A stretch of 64,000 bases of DNA from contig NC_083433.1 in NCBI RefSeq assembly GCF_020745735.1, positions 11,357,363-11,421,362 of the forward strand, written 5' to 3'. The notes beneath the pieces are model-generated. The model saw only the letters and a program-made list of their open reading frames with translations. It searched no databases and was not told where the DNA came from. The position numbers and the translations under genes were made by a program. This document shows, piece by piece, positions 1 to 13,410 of this stretch (the stretch's first letter is position 1; each line of letters starts with the position of its first letter). This DNA is from Hemiscyllium ocellatum. Its lineage: Eukaryota.

Positions 1-19
1 CATTATGGCCTGATTTCCA

Positions 20-265
20 GTTGATAGCACTCAGGCCTCTGCGTTCAAGACCTACTCCAGGGCCTGAACACACAATGAAAACTGATGTATCAGCACAGTG
101 CTGAGCCTGTGCTGCACCAGCAGTGGTGCCATTTCCCAGAGGAGACACTAAAGCAAGATGGCTTTGTGGTGGATGTAGAAGATTCTATGCCACTGTTCTG
201 AGGAAGAGCAGGGAAATTGTTCTTGGTATCTGAGCAATATTTATCCATAATCCACTTCATAGAAA
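20..265 (+). mobile_element. Deu-SINE (SacSINE1-like) relic; similar relics near 3800-3990 and 4790-5070
   Basis: gtgctgcac...gtgccatt core and gaagagcagggaaatt...caatatttatcc motif. Confidence 0.55.
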
Positions 266-1404
266 GTGATTACCAAATGGACATATGAATTCGGAGCAGG
301 AATAGGCCATTTGAGCCTGCCCTGCCATTCAGTAAGATCCAAATGCTCCACATATGTCTCTAATCTACCTACCAAAATGCATAACCTCACACTTCACATT
401 ATATTCACCAGGATGCCACCTGCTATGGAACATTTAGGTTATGAGGATAGATTGGACAGGTTCATGTTGTTTGTGTTGGAGCAGAGAAGACTGAGAGAAA
501 ATCTGATGGAGGTGTACAAGATTATGATGGGACAGATAAGGAGCAGCTGTTCCCCTTAGTTAAAGGGTCAGTCATGAAGGGACACAAGTTCAAGATGAGG
601 GGCAGGAGGTTAAGGATGGATATGAGGGAAACAGTCGCTCAGTATTTAGCACTGCTGCCTCACAGTCACAAGAGACCTGGGTTCAATTCCAACCTTGGGT
701 GACTGGCTGTGGGGACTTTACATGCTCTCTTCATGTCTGTGTGGGTTTCTCTGGGTGCTTTGGTTTCCTCCTGCAGTCCAAAGATATGCAGGTTAGATGG
801 ATTGGCCAAGCTAAGTTGCCCTGTTGTGTTCATGTAGATGGGTTAACTGTGGTAAATACAGGGTTATGAGAATAGGGTGGGATACTCTTTGGAGGGTCAG
901 TCCCGACTTGAATGATGTCAGTCTGCACTGTAGTGATTCTACATTCTTACCTACCCCTGGTAATCTTTCAAACACTTGCTTATTAAGAATCCATCGACAT
1001 GTGCCTTAGAAAGGTTCAAAAGACTCTGCTTACAATCCCTTTTGAGGCAGAGAATTCCAAAAACTCTCAATTCTCATCTCCCCCATCTTTAATGGGTGAC
1101 CGCTTATTTTTAAGCAGAGAGACACCAAGCTCTGGAACATGGCGAAAGGCTGTTGACCTGAAGAGTTAACTCTATCTTCTTTCTCCACAGATGCTGCCTG
1201 ACCTACTGAGAATTTCCAGCATTTTCTGTTTTCATTTCAGATTTCCCAGCATCAGTAATACTTCGGTAAATAGGCCATGGTCTACTTTGCATCTGTCATT
1301 GCAGTGGTGCCTGGCCTATACCTGGATGGTATGATGTGAGAGCTGGGCAGTAGAGGAATGAGTTTGCCTGGCTTGATTTAACTTTTCACATTCACTTCTC
1401 TTAA

Positions 1405-1569
<165 letters not shown>

Positions 1570-2641
1570 TAAGATCTACCTATGTTAGTATGAAATGGTG
1601 TGGATAATGCAAAAATGCAAGCTGTCTACAATGTAAAGTGTGACACAAAAAGGTTTACAAAGTATACAGTGATGTTTGGGTTTAGATGACTGGTTGAACA
1701 CAGCTATAAGAGGTGTCTGGGCTTCTCTACAGGAGAGGCAATCAAATAGCCTCAAGAAAGGAGGGTTTCTTCAACCCTCCGAGTACCAATCTGCCGAGTA
1801 CCTGTGTGTCTTGAAAATTGCATTGTACATTTTGCCCACTTGAGGTTACCACATGTACGTAAACCAGCCGAGGGAATTGAAGAAGAAGTGAAGGACAAAT
1901 ATAAGAGTGTTTATGATTAACAGCGTGCACAATTTTAATTCTAAATGTCTCTAGCTGAACAGGTTTCAGTCCTAAGGATGTCACAACACAATTTCCATTT
2001 TGGTTGCTTTACTATTGGTTTGACTTCTGAATTCACATTGTACACAATCCCCACTGTTACCAGGGCTGACAGGCTTAAATGAGGAAGGTATTTAATTCCC
2101 ATCCCCTCAATGGTGAATTTGGTGGAGGAAAGTACTCCAGCTGTTCGTTCACTGACATAGTTCACCGCACCTTCCCATCTCCATTGTGCTGGGGTCTGTG
2201 ACAGCAAGGCCCATGAGTAGCCACCCTGACCACCATCAATGAAGATCTTGAGTGAGCAATGAATGCCCACTTAGGGGCATCATCCTACCATTGCTAGCAT
2301 TAACTCAGAAACTGGCAGGGCATTCGCCATGTGGGGAACACAATGAGAAAATCTGAACAGGCCTGACTGAGGGAGTTGGCATCGAGAAGGGTGCATCTGC
2401 TGAGAATCTGCCTTTGCTGCCGACGCCTTTCTGCCCACTCCCTGTGACTCCCGTGCTGCAATTCTGCCAATCCAGCTCTCACTCACCAGTGGTCTAGGTT
2501 CCACTGGCAATCCTCAGCCTTGGGGCCTGGGGTATCATTGGCAGCAGCCACCACCTCCCCGGTGATGGTGCCATTCGTTGGAGCTACTGGTGTTTGCCTG
2601 GCAACTCATGGCAGCCATGGTGTAGAGGTGCCGGTAATGGA

Positions 2642-3080
2642 CAGGTTATAGTCCAACAGGTTTATTTGGAAGTACCAGCTTTCAGAGCGCTGCTCCTTTG
2701 TCAGGTAGCTAGTGAGGCAGGATCATAGGACACAGAGTTTATAGTAAAAGATCAAAGTGTCATACAACTAATGTGAAATATTGAACAAATCTAGATTACT
2801 GTTAACTCTTTAATCTCTTAGAATGGGGATGCAGGTTTCAAGTGATTAATATGTAAATCCCAGAACCTCTTTCAAGTCACAGTCCTGAGACAACTTAACG
2901 TTTTATATAAAAAAAAGGTGACATCTCAGCTCAGACAATGCATTAAAGGTGTGAGGTTAGAGTTCTGTCTGTATCCCATCCGTGAGTCAGACTGGTTCTA
3001 AGTAAGAATTAATAAAACGTCACATGGACTGACTGCCTACAGTTTGAACAAAATAGAATGTATCTGCAAATACAAATCTG
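2642..3080 (-). mobile_element. PLE terminal fragment (family 2) with decayed hammerhead at about 2672-2706
   Basis: Shares caggttatagtccaacaggtttatttggaag with the 19509 element; minus strand reads CTGACAA-A-GGAGCAGCGCTCT-GAAAGCTG. Confidence 0.65.
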
Positions 3081-3202
3081 GTGAGACCTTCATCCCACCT
3101 TCCTCCAACCCTCAGGGTCTTTGATCCCGTGAAAGGCTGGTTAAGAGCAGACTGGCACTTCAGCTGGTAAGCCTTTCTAAAAAAAGGGGAGACAGTTCTC
3201 TT

Positions 3203-3397
3203 ACCAACTAACAACTGTAAGAACCACGGATGCTGTAAATCAGAAACAAAAACAGAAAATGCTGGAGAAATCAGAGTTAACATTTTGAGTCGGGTTCTGA
3301 GGAAGGGTCACTGGACCCGAAACGTTAACTGATTTCTCTTCACAGATACTGCCAGACCTGCTGAGCCTTCCCAGCATCTTCTGTTTTTGTTGCTAAC
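3203..3397. mobile_element. Fold-back PLE-terminus mini-element (family 3) in a Pax intron
   Basis: TSD acagttctctt at 3192-3202 and 3398-3408; partially inverted arms; contains a hammerhead. Confidence 0.75.
3294..3329 (+). ncRNA. Minimal hammerhead ribozyme motif, intact core, sense to Pax pre-mRNA
   Basis: GTT-CTGAGGA-A-GGGTC-ACTG-GACCC-GAAAC-GTT-AAC. Confidence 0.8.
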
Positions 3398-4513
3398 ACA
3401 GTTCTCTTGCTGGTTTGCCATCCTGAGTGGACACGTAGCAATTGTATACTGGGTCTTGATGCTCTCAGGATGGGAAGTCCTATTGTAAGGAGTTGAGCTT
3501 AACACTTCTGTTACTATGTCAGTGAACTAACAGCTGTAATGCCAGAGTGGTCTGTGTAGCAGCAGCACTCTGGAATGCCAGTGGCCTTTAAGTGGAGCTC
3601 TGGCAACATCTATGACCATGAGGAAAGTGAGGTTCTTTATTCTTTCTATTGAACATTTCTTCCCAGGGACACCTTATCACAAGATCACCAGCTATAAAAG
3701 AGCTGAAGCTCAACAGTCTAGAGCTGGCTGTTGAATTCTGCCTTAATCATTTGCCAGCCTTGGTTTACTGGAGCATACCTGTTTCTAAGTCAGGTGTCTA
3801 TGGGTTCCAGCTCCACTCTGGAGATTTGAGGGTATAATTGAAGCTGATGAAGCTGTGAAAAACCGGGGAGGGCTGCAGTGTTGGAGATGCCAACTTTCAG
3901 ATGAAATGTTCATCTAATCTGTGCTGTCAGTCAGATGTAAAAACATTTCATAGCACTGCTCACTGACGAGCAGGTCAGATCTCCTCACCCAAAATTGTTT
4001 TACATTCTCTTCAATATTGCATTCATGTGGAGAAGGTGGGACTTGAACCTAGACCTTTTGGCTCAGAGTCAGTGACATTACCATTACACTAGGAGAACAC
4101 ATGGTCCAAAGATGGACCAGCATTATTCAAGTCAGATGATCTGATCATTAACTCATTGATGTTTGTGGAGTCTTGCTGTGCACAAATTTCCTTCCACACA
4201 CTCTGTGTAGTAGCAGTGAATGCAATTCAAAAATACTTCCTTCCCCGCAAAGTGTTTTGTGACGCCCTCAATATAAATGCAATGCTTTCTTGATTTGGAT
4301 TGACTGATTTGCTGCACTGTTCCTGATAACTGTTCCCTTATTAAGAGGCCAATTGTATTCAATTTCCTACTGTTCGCAACATATCATTTCTCAAATGACT
4401 TTTGCATTTGAATGTTGTGGCATTTTGCATTATTATTATCCTTTAAAACCCTTGAGGCTTGCCAACCTAACTTTGCGGGATGTTTGTTTTTATTTTGTCT
4501 TTCTCACCTCAAG

Positions 4514-4664
4514 GTATGGTTTTCAAATCGACGTGCCAAGTGGAGGAGAGAAGAGAAACTCCGCAATCAGAGGAGGCAGGCGTGCAGTGGTCCGAGTCAC
4601 GTCCCCATCAACAGCAGCTTCTCGCCTACTCTGTATCAATCAATCCCACAGCCTGCTACGTCAG
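4514..4664 (+). CDS. pax10: Pax6-family exon (homeodomain helix 3 and start of PST domain), equivalent to PAX6 exon 10
   Basis: aag|GTATGG...TCAG|gtcagt, 151 bp; [50 protein letters not shown]. Confidence 0.95.
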
Positions 4665-5486
4665 GTCAGTATCCCACAACTGGTCACTCTATTAGCCCAT
4701 ACTGAATGCTCCCGTATAACACTGAACATTTTGCCTGACCCCTCCTTTTGACACCTCTATTTTTGCCTCATCTTTAAATGAAATCTTAAGCTGAGACCCT
4801 CTCAACTCACGTGGATGTAGTAGGTCCCAAGGTACTCCGTTGAGAAGGAACGAGGGGCGCTCTCCTCAGTGGCCTAGCCAAATATTTCCCCACCCACTAA
4901 AAGCAGCTGATCTGCATCTTACGGTATTGTTATTTGTGGGATCTTACTGTTCACAACATTGGTTACTATGTTTCCTACATTAAAATGGTGATTACACTTC
5001 AAAAATTACTTAATTTGTTGTAAAAGTGCTTTGAGATATTTTGAGCTTGGGGAGGATGCTATGTAAATTCAAATGATTTCGCTTTCGCTCTCCAATGTGC
5101 TCTCGTCTTCTGCTTGGGTTCAGATGCACACAATGGGTACTATGAGATTGTACTCTGTCTTCACCTGTCCCAATCACGTCCCTATGAACTCTTGACCCTC
5201 GCATTATTGTTTCCTCTGGACCACTGCTTCCTTTATCTCTCTGTGCCATTGCCCCACTGCTGTTGGCTTGGCCTTGAATTTGAGCTCGGATACTGACATT
5301 CTAGCCTTGTTCTGTGAATCAGGATTGGTTCAGTTCCTGTACAGGCTGAGCTTACTTAAGAGGCCCTCCTTCTCAACCTCTCCCCTAAGGTGTGGAGACC
5401 ATCAGGTTAAACCACCACCAGCCATATCTCTCTTCCAAGAGAACAGCCCTTCAGGACCATGATAATGTCACTTTTATCATTAGGCT

Positions 5487-5797
5487 AGATTAGATTATCG
5501 ACAGTGTGGAAACAGCCCCTTCAGCCCAACAAGTCCACACCGACCCTCCAAAGAGTAACCCACCCAGACCCATTTCCCTCTGACTAATGCACCTAACACT
5601 ATGGGCAATTTAGCATGGCCAGTTCACCTGCCCTGCATTTCTTTGGACTGTGGGAGGAAACCAGAGCACCCGGAGGACACCCTTGCAGACACGGGGAGAA
5701 TGTGTAAACTTCACACAGACAGTCACCCAAGGCTGGGATCGAACCTGGGTCCCTGGCGCTGTGAGGCAGCAATGCTAGCCACTGAGCCAGTGTGCCA
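5487..5797 (-). mobile_element. HE1-type V-SINE
   Basis: Reverse complement of the same head, V-domain and tail. Confidence 0.85.
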
Positions 5798-6077
5798 CTC
5801 ATTATACTTCATTGGCATGTGGGCACTGCTGCAAGGGCATCTTTTATTGCCCAGCCTTAATAGACCTTAATTGACCTTGAGCTGATTCATTTTCCAGATA
5901 CATTGCTATGAGTCTGGAGTTACGTGTAAGGATTGTAGATTTCTTTTCCTTTCGAACACTAGTGAACCAGATGGCTGTTTACAATAAGTGGTGATAGTTT
6001 TATTACTGAAACCAGCTTCCAGCTTTATAAATTGAGCTTAAGTTCCAACAGCTGCCCTGGTAGAATTTAAAACCACA

Positions 6078-6376
6078 TGGGCAGCGTTGTGGCTCAGTGG
6101 TTAGCACTGCTGCCTCACAGCACCAGGGAACAGCATTCGATTCCAGCCTCAGGCGACTGTGTGGAGTTTGCACATTCTCCCTGTGTCTCTGTGGGTTTCC
6201 TCTGGGTGCTCCAGTTTCCTCCCACAGTCCAAAAATGTGAGGTTAGGTGAATTGCCCATTGTATTAGGTGCATTAGTCAGAGGAAATGGGTCTGGATGGG
6301 TTACTCTTTGGCGGGTCGGTTTGGACTTGTTGGGCCATAGGGCCTGTTTCCACACTGTAGGGAATCTAATCTAATC
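6078..6376 (+). mobile_element. HE1-type V-SINE
   Basis: Head, V-domain and TAATC tail. Confidence 0.85.
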
Positions 6377-6576
6377 AACAGACCATTAGGCTGCATCTCC
6401 AGATGACCAATGGAATGAAATTGCCACAATAACACCGTCATCTCATAATTGGCTATAGACCATATTATGGATAAATGGTTTTAGGAACTGTTGCCCTAAA
6501 CTTCCAAACAAAGATGGAATAAACTGGAAAAAGTTTATCAAAACCGTCTTAAACTGCTTGCGGGTAATTCTGGTTA

Positions 6577-6737
6577 GAGACAAAAAAAACTGCAGATGCT
6601 GGAATTCAAGCTAGAAAAACAGGGGACTGGAAGAGAACAGCAAATCAGGCAGCATCAGAAGATGGCGAAGTCAACTTTTTGGGTGTAACCCTTCTTCAGT
6701 CCTGGCTTGCTGTGTTTTTCCAGCCTCCTGCTTGTCT
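6577..6737. mobile_element. Fold-back PLE-terminus mini-element (family 4) with decayed hammerhead
   Basis: Minus strand CTGAAGA-A-GGGT-TAC-ACCC-AAAAAGTT; TSD ggtaat(t/c)ctgg at 6563-6573 and 6738-6748. Confidence 0.6.
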
Positions 6738-7035
6738 GGTAATCCTGGCAACCATGACCAAATATAGAAGCATAAGCAGTGGTGGACAATAGCCTATTTG
6801 ACCTTGGGGGTGTGGGAGCATCACAGACAACACATACTTTGTCTATGCCCAACGTACAAATGTGTGCAACCTTCTACAGCATGGCACAGGAATCCAAGGT
6901 GACTCTTTCCCTCCATAGTCCAGGACTGGTGATGCCATTTGTGCCACAACAATTCCTGTCCAGGCTGAAACGAGCTCGATCAGTTTAAGAAGTGAGATAT
7001 CGTTGACATTGTTGTGTTCCATTTTCTCTCTTCAG

Positions 7036-7133
7036 GACCAATCCTGGGCAGAAACGAGACCTCGCTTGCAAACAGTTACAGTGCGCTTCCACCCATGCCA
7101 GCTTTTGCCATGGCAAATAACCTCCCTTTGCAG
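7036..7133 (+). CDS. pax10: Pax6-family PST exon, equivalent to PAX6 exon 11
   Basis: ttctctcttcag|GA...CAG|gtatgg, 98 bp; (G)[32 protein letters not shown]; frame compatible with flanking exons. Confidence 0.93.
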
Positions 7134-8489
7134 GTATGGTCACCAAAGACGGGAATGGGTTGGCAATGGTTTGACCCACTGATTTCTCCATGTTGCAGGC
7201 GGTGCCAATAGGTGACAATGGTGGCTCACAAGTGAAAGTGATGGAGCCCCTTTCTCAATGTAATGTATAATCTTGACCAGCGTCTGAGTACAATACGGAG
7301 ATTGCTTCATTATCAGGAATTTGGTTCCATGAGTGAAATTTTAAATATTTAATTATGCCTGTGGTTCAAGTAAGATATAAAAAATATTATTTGACCCACT
7401 TTAGGTTGTGTAGGTAGTTCTACTGGTAGCCTACCTTAAAGAATACTACCAAAAACAAACATTGTTACTATTTATCGTGCTATTTATGTGACTTTGCTGC
7501 ATGTAGAACTCAGGCAGTGGTGCCTTGGTTCCACTCTCGGGAATGTTGAACACAGACAAAGGCCACATCTTGGAAAGTCAAACACATGGAGATACTGCAA
7601 GTCAGATGGTTGAACGGATAAGGATGTCACACTTTGGAAGTCTGGGCATGGTGAGCGAGAGTGGCCTTGCCGAGATGTTGCAAATCAAGTTTAGGTAAAT
7701 TACGTTAAAGTGAATCTGACTGCACTTAATGAGCTCTCGCCAACATACCAATTTTACAATCAACCAACTTTAAGTGGAATGACTCTTGAGTGAAAACCTG
7801 CAGTACTTACATTAAAGAAGAAAAGGAATCCTGCACATATTTATGATAACTTTATTCCTTGTTGCTTTTTGTCAAACCATCTTGCCAGTTTAGTTTAGGG
7901 TAGTTAAAATTTACTATGGCTGTTCTATGTTCTGTGACAATTGCAAACCTAATTCTCCCTAAAATTCTTTTTCACCTTTAGATGGTTTGCAGTGTTTCCC
8001 TTATCTCTTCATTCAGTTCATTTGGTTTTTGTTTTAGTCTTTGGTTAGTTTGCTGTTTTTTTCTATTGACATATAGTTTGGCAGATCAACTACACACTCC
8101 CCCTCCTTGTCTATCCTTTCTGATGAAAAGCTGCAATAATTATCATAAACCTTAGTTAGTCCTTTACTTTTAGCTTTTTCAATTATTCCTTCTGTGCCTA
8201 ATTCATTACTCCTTGCCTTGAGCTCCTCAATTTTATTTTCATGCTATGTACATGTAGTTTAATTTGTCTTCAATAGTCCCTTTTATTATTATAATAGTTT
8301 AATGACTTGTCATGTCAGCTTTGTTTTGTTGCTTTCCTTGGTTTATCTGTTGCTGTCATCAATTATTCTGTTATCTTCTGGCTACTGTTATTTTTGCCAT
8401 ATTTGTCCCCCATATTTGCTCTCATCTGGTTCAGATGCAGCCTTGCACAGCAATACAGGTTCTTCCTGCTCCATTACTAGGGCTCTTGA

Positions 8490-9650
8490 TTTGGATATGG
8501 ACTTTAGTAAGGCGTTTGATAAGGTTTCCCACAGTAGGCTATTGCAGAAAGTACGGAAGCATAAGATTGAGTGTGATTTGGATCAGAAATTGACTAGCTG
8601 AAAGAAGATGGTGGTTGATGGGAAATGTTCATCCTGGAGTTCAGTTACTAGTGGTGTACCACAAGGATCTGTTTTGGGGCCACTGCTGTTTGTCATTTTT
8701 ATAAATGATCTAGATGAGGGCGTAGAAGGATGGGTTAATAAATTTGCAGGTGACACTTAAGGTAGGTGGAGTTGTGGATAGTGCCGAAAGATGTTGCAGG
8801 TTACAGAACGACATGGATAAGCTGCAGAGCTGGTCTGAGAAGTGGCAAATGGAGATTAAAGTGGAAAAGTGTGAGGTGCTTCACTTTAGAAGGATCAACA
8901 GGAATACAGAGTACTGGGCTAATGGTAAGATTCTTGGTAGTGTAGGTGAGCAGAGCGATCTCAGTGTCCATATGCATTGATCCTTGAAAGTTCCCACCCA
9001 GGTTGATAGGGTTGTTAAGAAGGCATACAGTGTGTTAGTTTTTATTGGTAGAGGGATTGAGTTTCGGAGCCATGAGGTCATGCTGCAGCTGTACAAAACT
9101 CTGGTGCGGCTGCACTTGGAGTATTGTACAGTCCTGGTTACCACATTATAAGAAGGATGTGGAAGCTTTGGCAAGGGCTCAGAGGAGGTGTACTAGAATG
9201 TTGCCTGGTATGGAGGGAAGGTCTGATGAGGAAAGGCTGAGGGACTTGAAACTGTTTTTGTTAGAGAGAAAAAGGTTGGGAGTTGACTTTAAATAGAGAC
9301 ATATAATATAATCAGAGGATTAGATAGGGTGGACAGGGAGAGCCTTTTTCATTGGATAGTAATGGCTGGCACGAGGGGACATAGCTTCAAATTGAGGGAT
9401 GATAGATGTAGGACAGATGTCAGAGGTAGTTTCTTTACTCAGGGAGTAGTGGGGGGTGTGGAACGCCCTGCTTGCAGCAGTAGCAGATTCGTCAACTTTA
9501 AGGGCATCTAAATGATCATTGGATAAACATATGAATGAAAATGGAAAAATATGGGTTATATGGGCTTCAAATTGGTTTCATTAGTCAGCACAACATTGAT
9601 GGTCGAAGGGCCTGTACTGTGCTGTAATGTTCTCTGTTCCATGTTCTATG
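8490..9650 (+). mobile_element. CR1 LINE 3' fragment (RT, decayed)
   Basis: [26 protein letters not shown], (TTCTATG)-like tail. Confidence 0.9.
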
Positions 9651-10119
9651 TTGACCCATGAAATGGAACCCTTTGTTCTCACACACCAGTCTTTCAGCCA
9701 AGCATTCACCTCCTTGAGTTAATTATTCCTTTGTCAATTAGCACATGGTTTGGGATAACAATAATGAGACCTGATTGTTGAATTTAGTTCCTGACTTCTG
9801 ATATTCCCTAAGCAGGACTTTCTTCCTTTGTTTTTCAACTTTGGTCCTAATGTGAATCACATTAACTGGCTTTCCCCCCCTCATCTTCCCTCTCCCTTGC
9901 CCTCCAGCTTCTTTGAGATATCATTTAACTAGAAACAGTAGATAGAGCACAACACTGGAATCTTGGGAAATTAAGGGGTAGTTTCCTCCCAGACGTTGAT
10001 GGAAGTCTGGAACTCCCAGCCTGAAAGAATGATAGGGGCCAAAACACTCCTCACTGTTAAAGAAAGTACTTAGATATGGACTTGAAAGGCAACAGATCGA
10101 GAGCTGCAAAGTGATTAAT

Positions 10120-11160
10120 TTGACAGCAAAGAATGACCACAAAATCAAAAAAGAGGAAAATGAATGAAAGTATGACAGAGAGCTAACCAAGCACAAAACA
10201 GATGGTAAGAATTTCTGTAAATATTTGAAGAGGAAAAGAGTTAACACAGTAAGGATTAGTCCTATAGAATGAAAGATGGGAAAGTCAATAATGGAAATTA
10301 AAAATTGCCAGACAGGTTGAACAGGTATTTTGCATCAGTCTTCAGCACAAAGGATACAAATAACATTCCAGAAGGAATGGGAAATTGGAAAGTGGAAGAG
10401 AACGAGGAACATAAGAAAACCACAGTCATCAGAGAAGTGGGATGAAGTACATTTATGAAGTGCTTCGTTGGCTGACACATGCATGGGTCTGGATGGACTT
10501 GATCTTAGAGTCTTAACAGAAGTGGCTCATGAGGTAGTTGATGCATTAGTTCCAATTTTCCAAAACACTCAATTCAGGAATGGCTCAATTAAATTGGGAG
10601 ATAGTGAATATAATTATTTTCTTCAGCAGGTAGAAGATAGAAAGCAAAAAGCTTTTGGAGTACTAGGCACAGTGCTGGCCACCCTGCTATAGGAAGGATA
10701 TTATTAAATTGCTGGAGGGTTTGAAGTATAAAGAGAGGATGGAAACGATTGGACCTTTTCACTGGAGCTCAGAAGGTTGAGGGGTGGCCATATTGAGGTT
10801 TATAAAATCATGAGAGGTATGGATAAGGTGACTAGCAAAGGTCTTTTCCCCAGGGTAGGGGAGTTCAAAACTAGGGGGCATATTTTTAAAGTGAGAGGAA
10901 AAAGATTTAAAAGGGATCTAAGGAGCACAGACAGTGGTTCATATGTGGAATGAACTGCCAAAGGAAGTGATAGATGTAGGTACAGTTGCAACATTTAAAA
11001 GACATTTGGATAGGTACATGGATAGGAAAGGTTTAGAGGAATATAGTCCAAACGCAGACAGGTGGGATAAGTTCAGTTTGGGAAACACGGTTGGCATGGA
11101 TGAGTTGGACCAAAATGTCTGTTTCTGTGATGTATGGCTCCATGAGTCTGTGACTCCATA
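10120..11160 (+). mobile_element. CR1 LINE fragments
   Basis: WNELPKEV...FKRHLDRYM C-terminal motif. Confidence 0.75.
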
Positions 11161-12579
11161 AAGTAGGATCCTATGTTTTCCTGTGTACTCGCCACTGACT
11201 TGAAAAGCAACTTATGGCTGACTGAAATGGTTTGGGAAATCTTGAGGATATCATTGACCGTTATAATAATTGGAAGACATAAAGCTGTATATATTGATCA
11301 GGATGTGCCTGTGTCCTGTGTGATAATCAAGTCATTGTATCCTTTCTAGTCCTCAAGACATGACACCATGTTGTATGAGGACCATGTTTCTTTCTCTTTC
11401 TTGGGGAATCTTTGCATCTCCTGTCTTGTGGTGCAGTAGGTAATGTTCCTGCCTCTGAACCAGGGCTTCAGTTTTGGGTCCCACTCCAGACTTGATGGCC
11501 AAGGAAGGTGTGTTCATTACACGGCCAAAGAGCTTGAGTATCAACTTATAAATCCACCTGACTCACACTGATGGCAGGTGGTAAGAACGGGAGACTTCCT
11601 ATGTCAGCCATACAATAGAAAGAATGTTGGAGCCTCTACCTTAATTATCTATAGCCCCAGACTACAGCAGGTATGGAGAACCCAGATTCCCTAAATGAAC
11701 AGCAACATACCATCTCTCCTGGAGAAACAATGCAGATAAGTGAAAATGACCACTTACTTGCTTTCACTGGGGAAATCAGATGACGGTCTGGTGTTCAATT
11801 AGATGATTGGCAGATTCCTGGGTGGTGGTGGCTGACATGAGTCAAACCTAGGGGCATCTGTGAAGGAGGTTCCACTGTTTTGAGATGAGACCAAAATCCT
11901 GTCTCTCTCTCTCTCTCTAGTCCTGTCACATTCTTATGTAAGTGAGTACATTTCACAAACTATTTCCTGTTCTTTTCTTTTCCCTCCTTCTCACTTTCAT
12001 TCATTCTTTCTACAATCATTCTGTCGAAGGTTTTCATTCCTAGAAGGCTTTTCAAGCTTGAGTTTGGTTACCTTGCATTTCCTAGCTCACCCGGTCTGGT
12101 CTCTTACACTTTTTAACCTTGCTATCCTGTTGTATTAGCAGCCTCATCTTGCACTTTCCTTTCTCATTGTAAAACAAAATCAGCTGTCTGACAGATTCTC
12201 CGCAAATCACAAATTCTGGATTTGATTTTGGGAGATGGAGGTGCAGTGGGAGTTGGGGGGTTTGTGGTAACGGTAGTAGTGGGAACAGAAAGTCGAACCA
12301 TTGGGACTGTCAGTTTCAGGTCACGGCTGCTGTTGGTTTTCCATGTAAATCCCAGCCGTCCTACTTCACCTAACTCTACCCTTCCATTCCTTTAATCTTT
12401 GTGAATGTATATAGTTTTCCACAACTGAGTGCAATTTACCTCAACCACTCTGCAACAGTTCATTTTGGATCTGTAAGAGTTTATCTCTAGCCAAAGATGA
12501 GATCCTTCTTACTGGTAACGCAACAAGCTCCAAAACATCTCTGCTCCTCCAAACCTGATGATTCCACTGTAAACGGAAA

Positions 12580-13410
12580 GATGATGAGCAGAGAGATCTG
12601 GGAGTGCAGGTCCATTGTACCCTGAAGGTTGCTGCATAGGTGGATAGACTGGTTAAGATGGCATATGGTATGCTTGCCTTCATCAGACGGGAGATTGAGT
12701 ATAAGAGCTGGCAGAGCTGAAAATGTGTTGCTGGAAAAGCGCAGCAGGTCAGGCAGCATCCAAGGAACAGGAGATTCGACGTTTCGGGCATAAGCCCTTC
12801 TCCTATAAGAGCTGGCAGGTCATGTTAAAATTGTACAAGATTTTGGTTCAGCCACATTTAGAATACTGTGTACAGTTCTGGTCGTCACATTACCAAATGA
12901 ATGTGGACGCTTTGGAGAGGGTGCAGAGAAGGCTTACAAGGATGTTGCCTGGTATGGAAGGTGCTAGCAATGAAGAGAGGTTGAGTAGGTTAGGATGGTT
13001 TTCATTAGAAACAAGGAGATTGAGGGGGGACCTGATTGAGGTCTGCAAAACCATGAAGGGTATAGACAAGGTAGATAGAGATAAGCTTTTTCCCAGGGTG
13101 AGGGATTCAATAACGAGAGGTCACACGTCCAAGGTGAGAGGTCAAAGGTTTAAGGAGGATACATGTGCAAAATACTTTACAAAGAGGGTGGTATGTGCCT
13201 GGAATACGTATCCAGCAGAGGTAGTAGAGGCAGGCACGGTAGATTCATTTAAGGTGCATCTGGACAGATGCAGGAGTAGGTGGAGATCAGAGGGATATAC
13301 AGATGCTTAGGAATTGGGTGATAGGTTTAGACAGTGGATATGGATTGGCTCAGGCTTGGAGGGCCGAAGGGCCTGTTCCTGGGCTGTAAATTTTCTTTGT
13401 TCTTTGTTCC
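12580..13410 (+). mobile_element. CR1 LINE 3' fragment
   Basis: PHLEYCVQFWS...LERVQRR...LRGDLIEV. Confidence 0.9.
12715..12803 (-). mobile_element. 89-bp PLE-terminus insertion (family 1) inside a CR1
   Basis: Perfect 15-bp TSD tataagagctggcag at 12700-12714 and 12804-12818; carries the 3' half of the hammerhead. Confidence 0.85.

Noticed and set aside
5599-6374. Recurring short ORFs (CGRKPEHPEETH..., AQWLALLPHS...) as a protein family
   Set aside because: Translations of V-SINE copies found throughout the window
12723-13310. 195-aa ORF as a novel fusion protein
   Set aside because: Chance in-frame join of an 89-bp PLE insertion and CR1 ORF2 inside an intron
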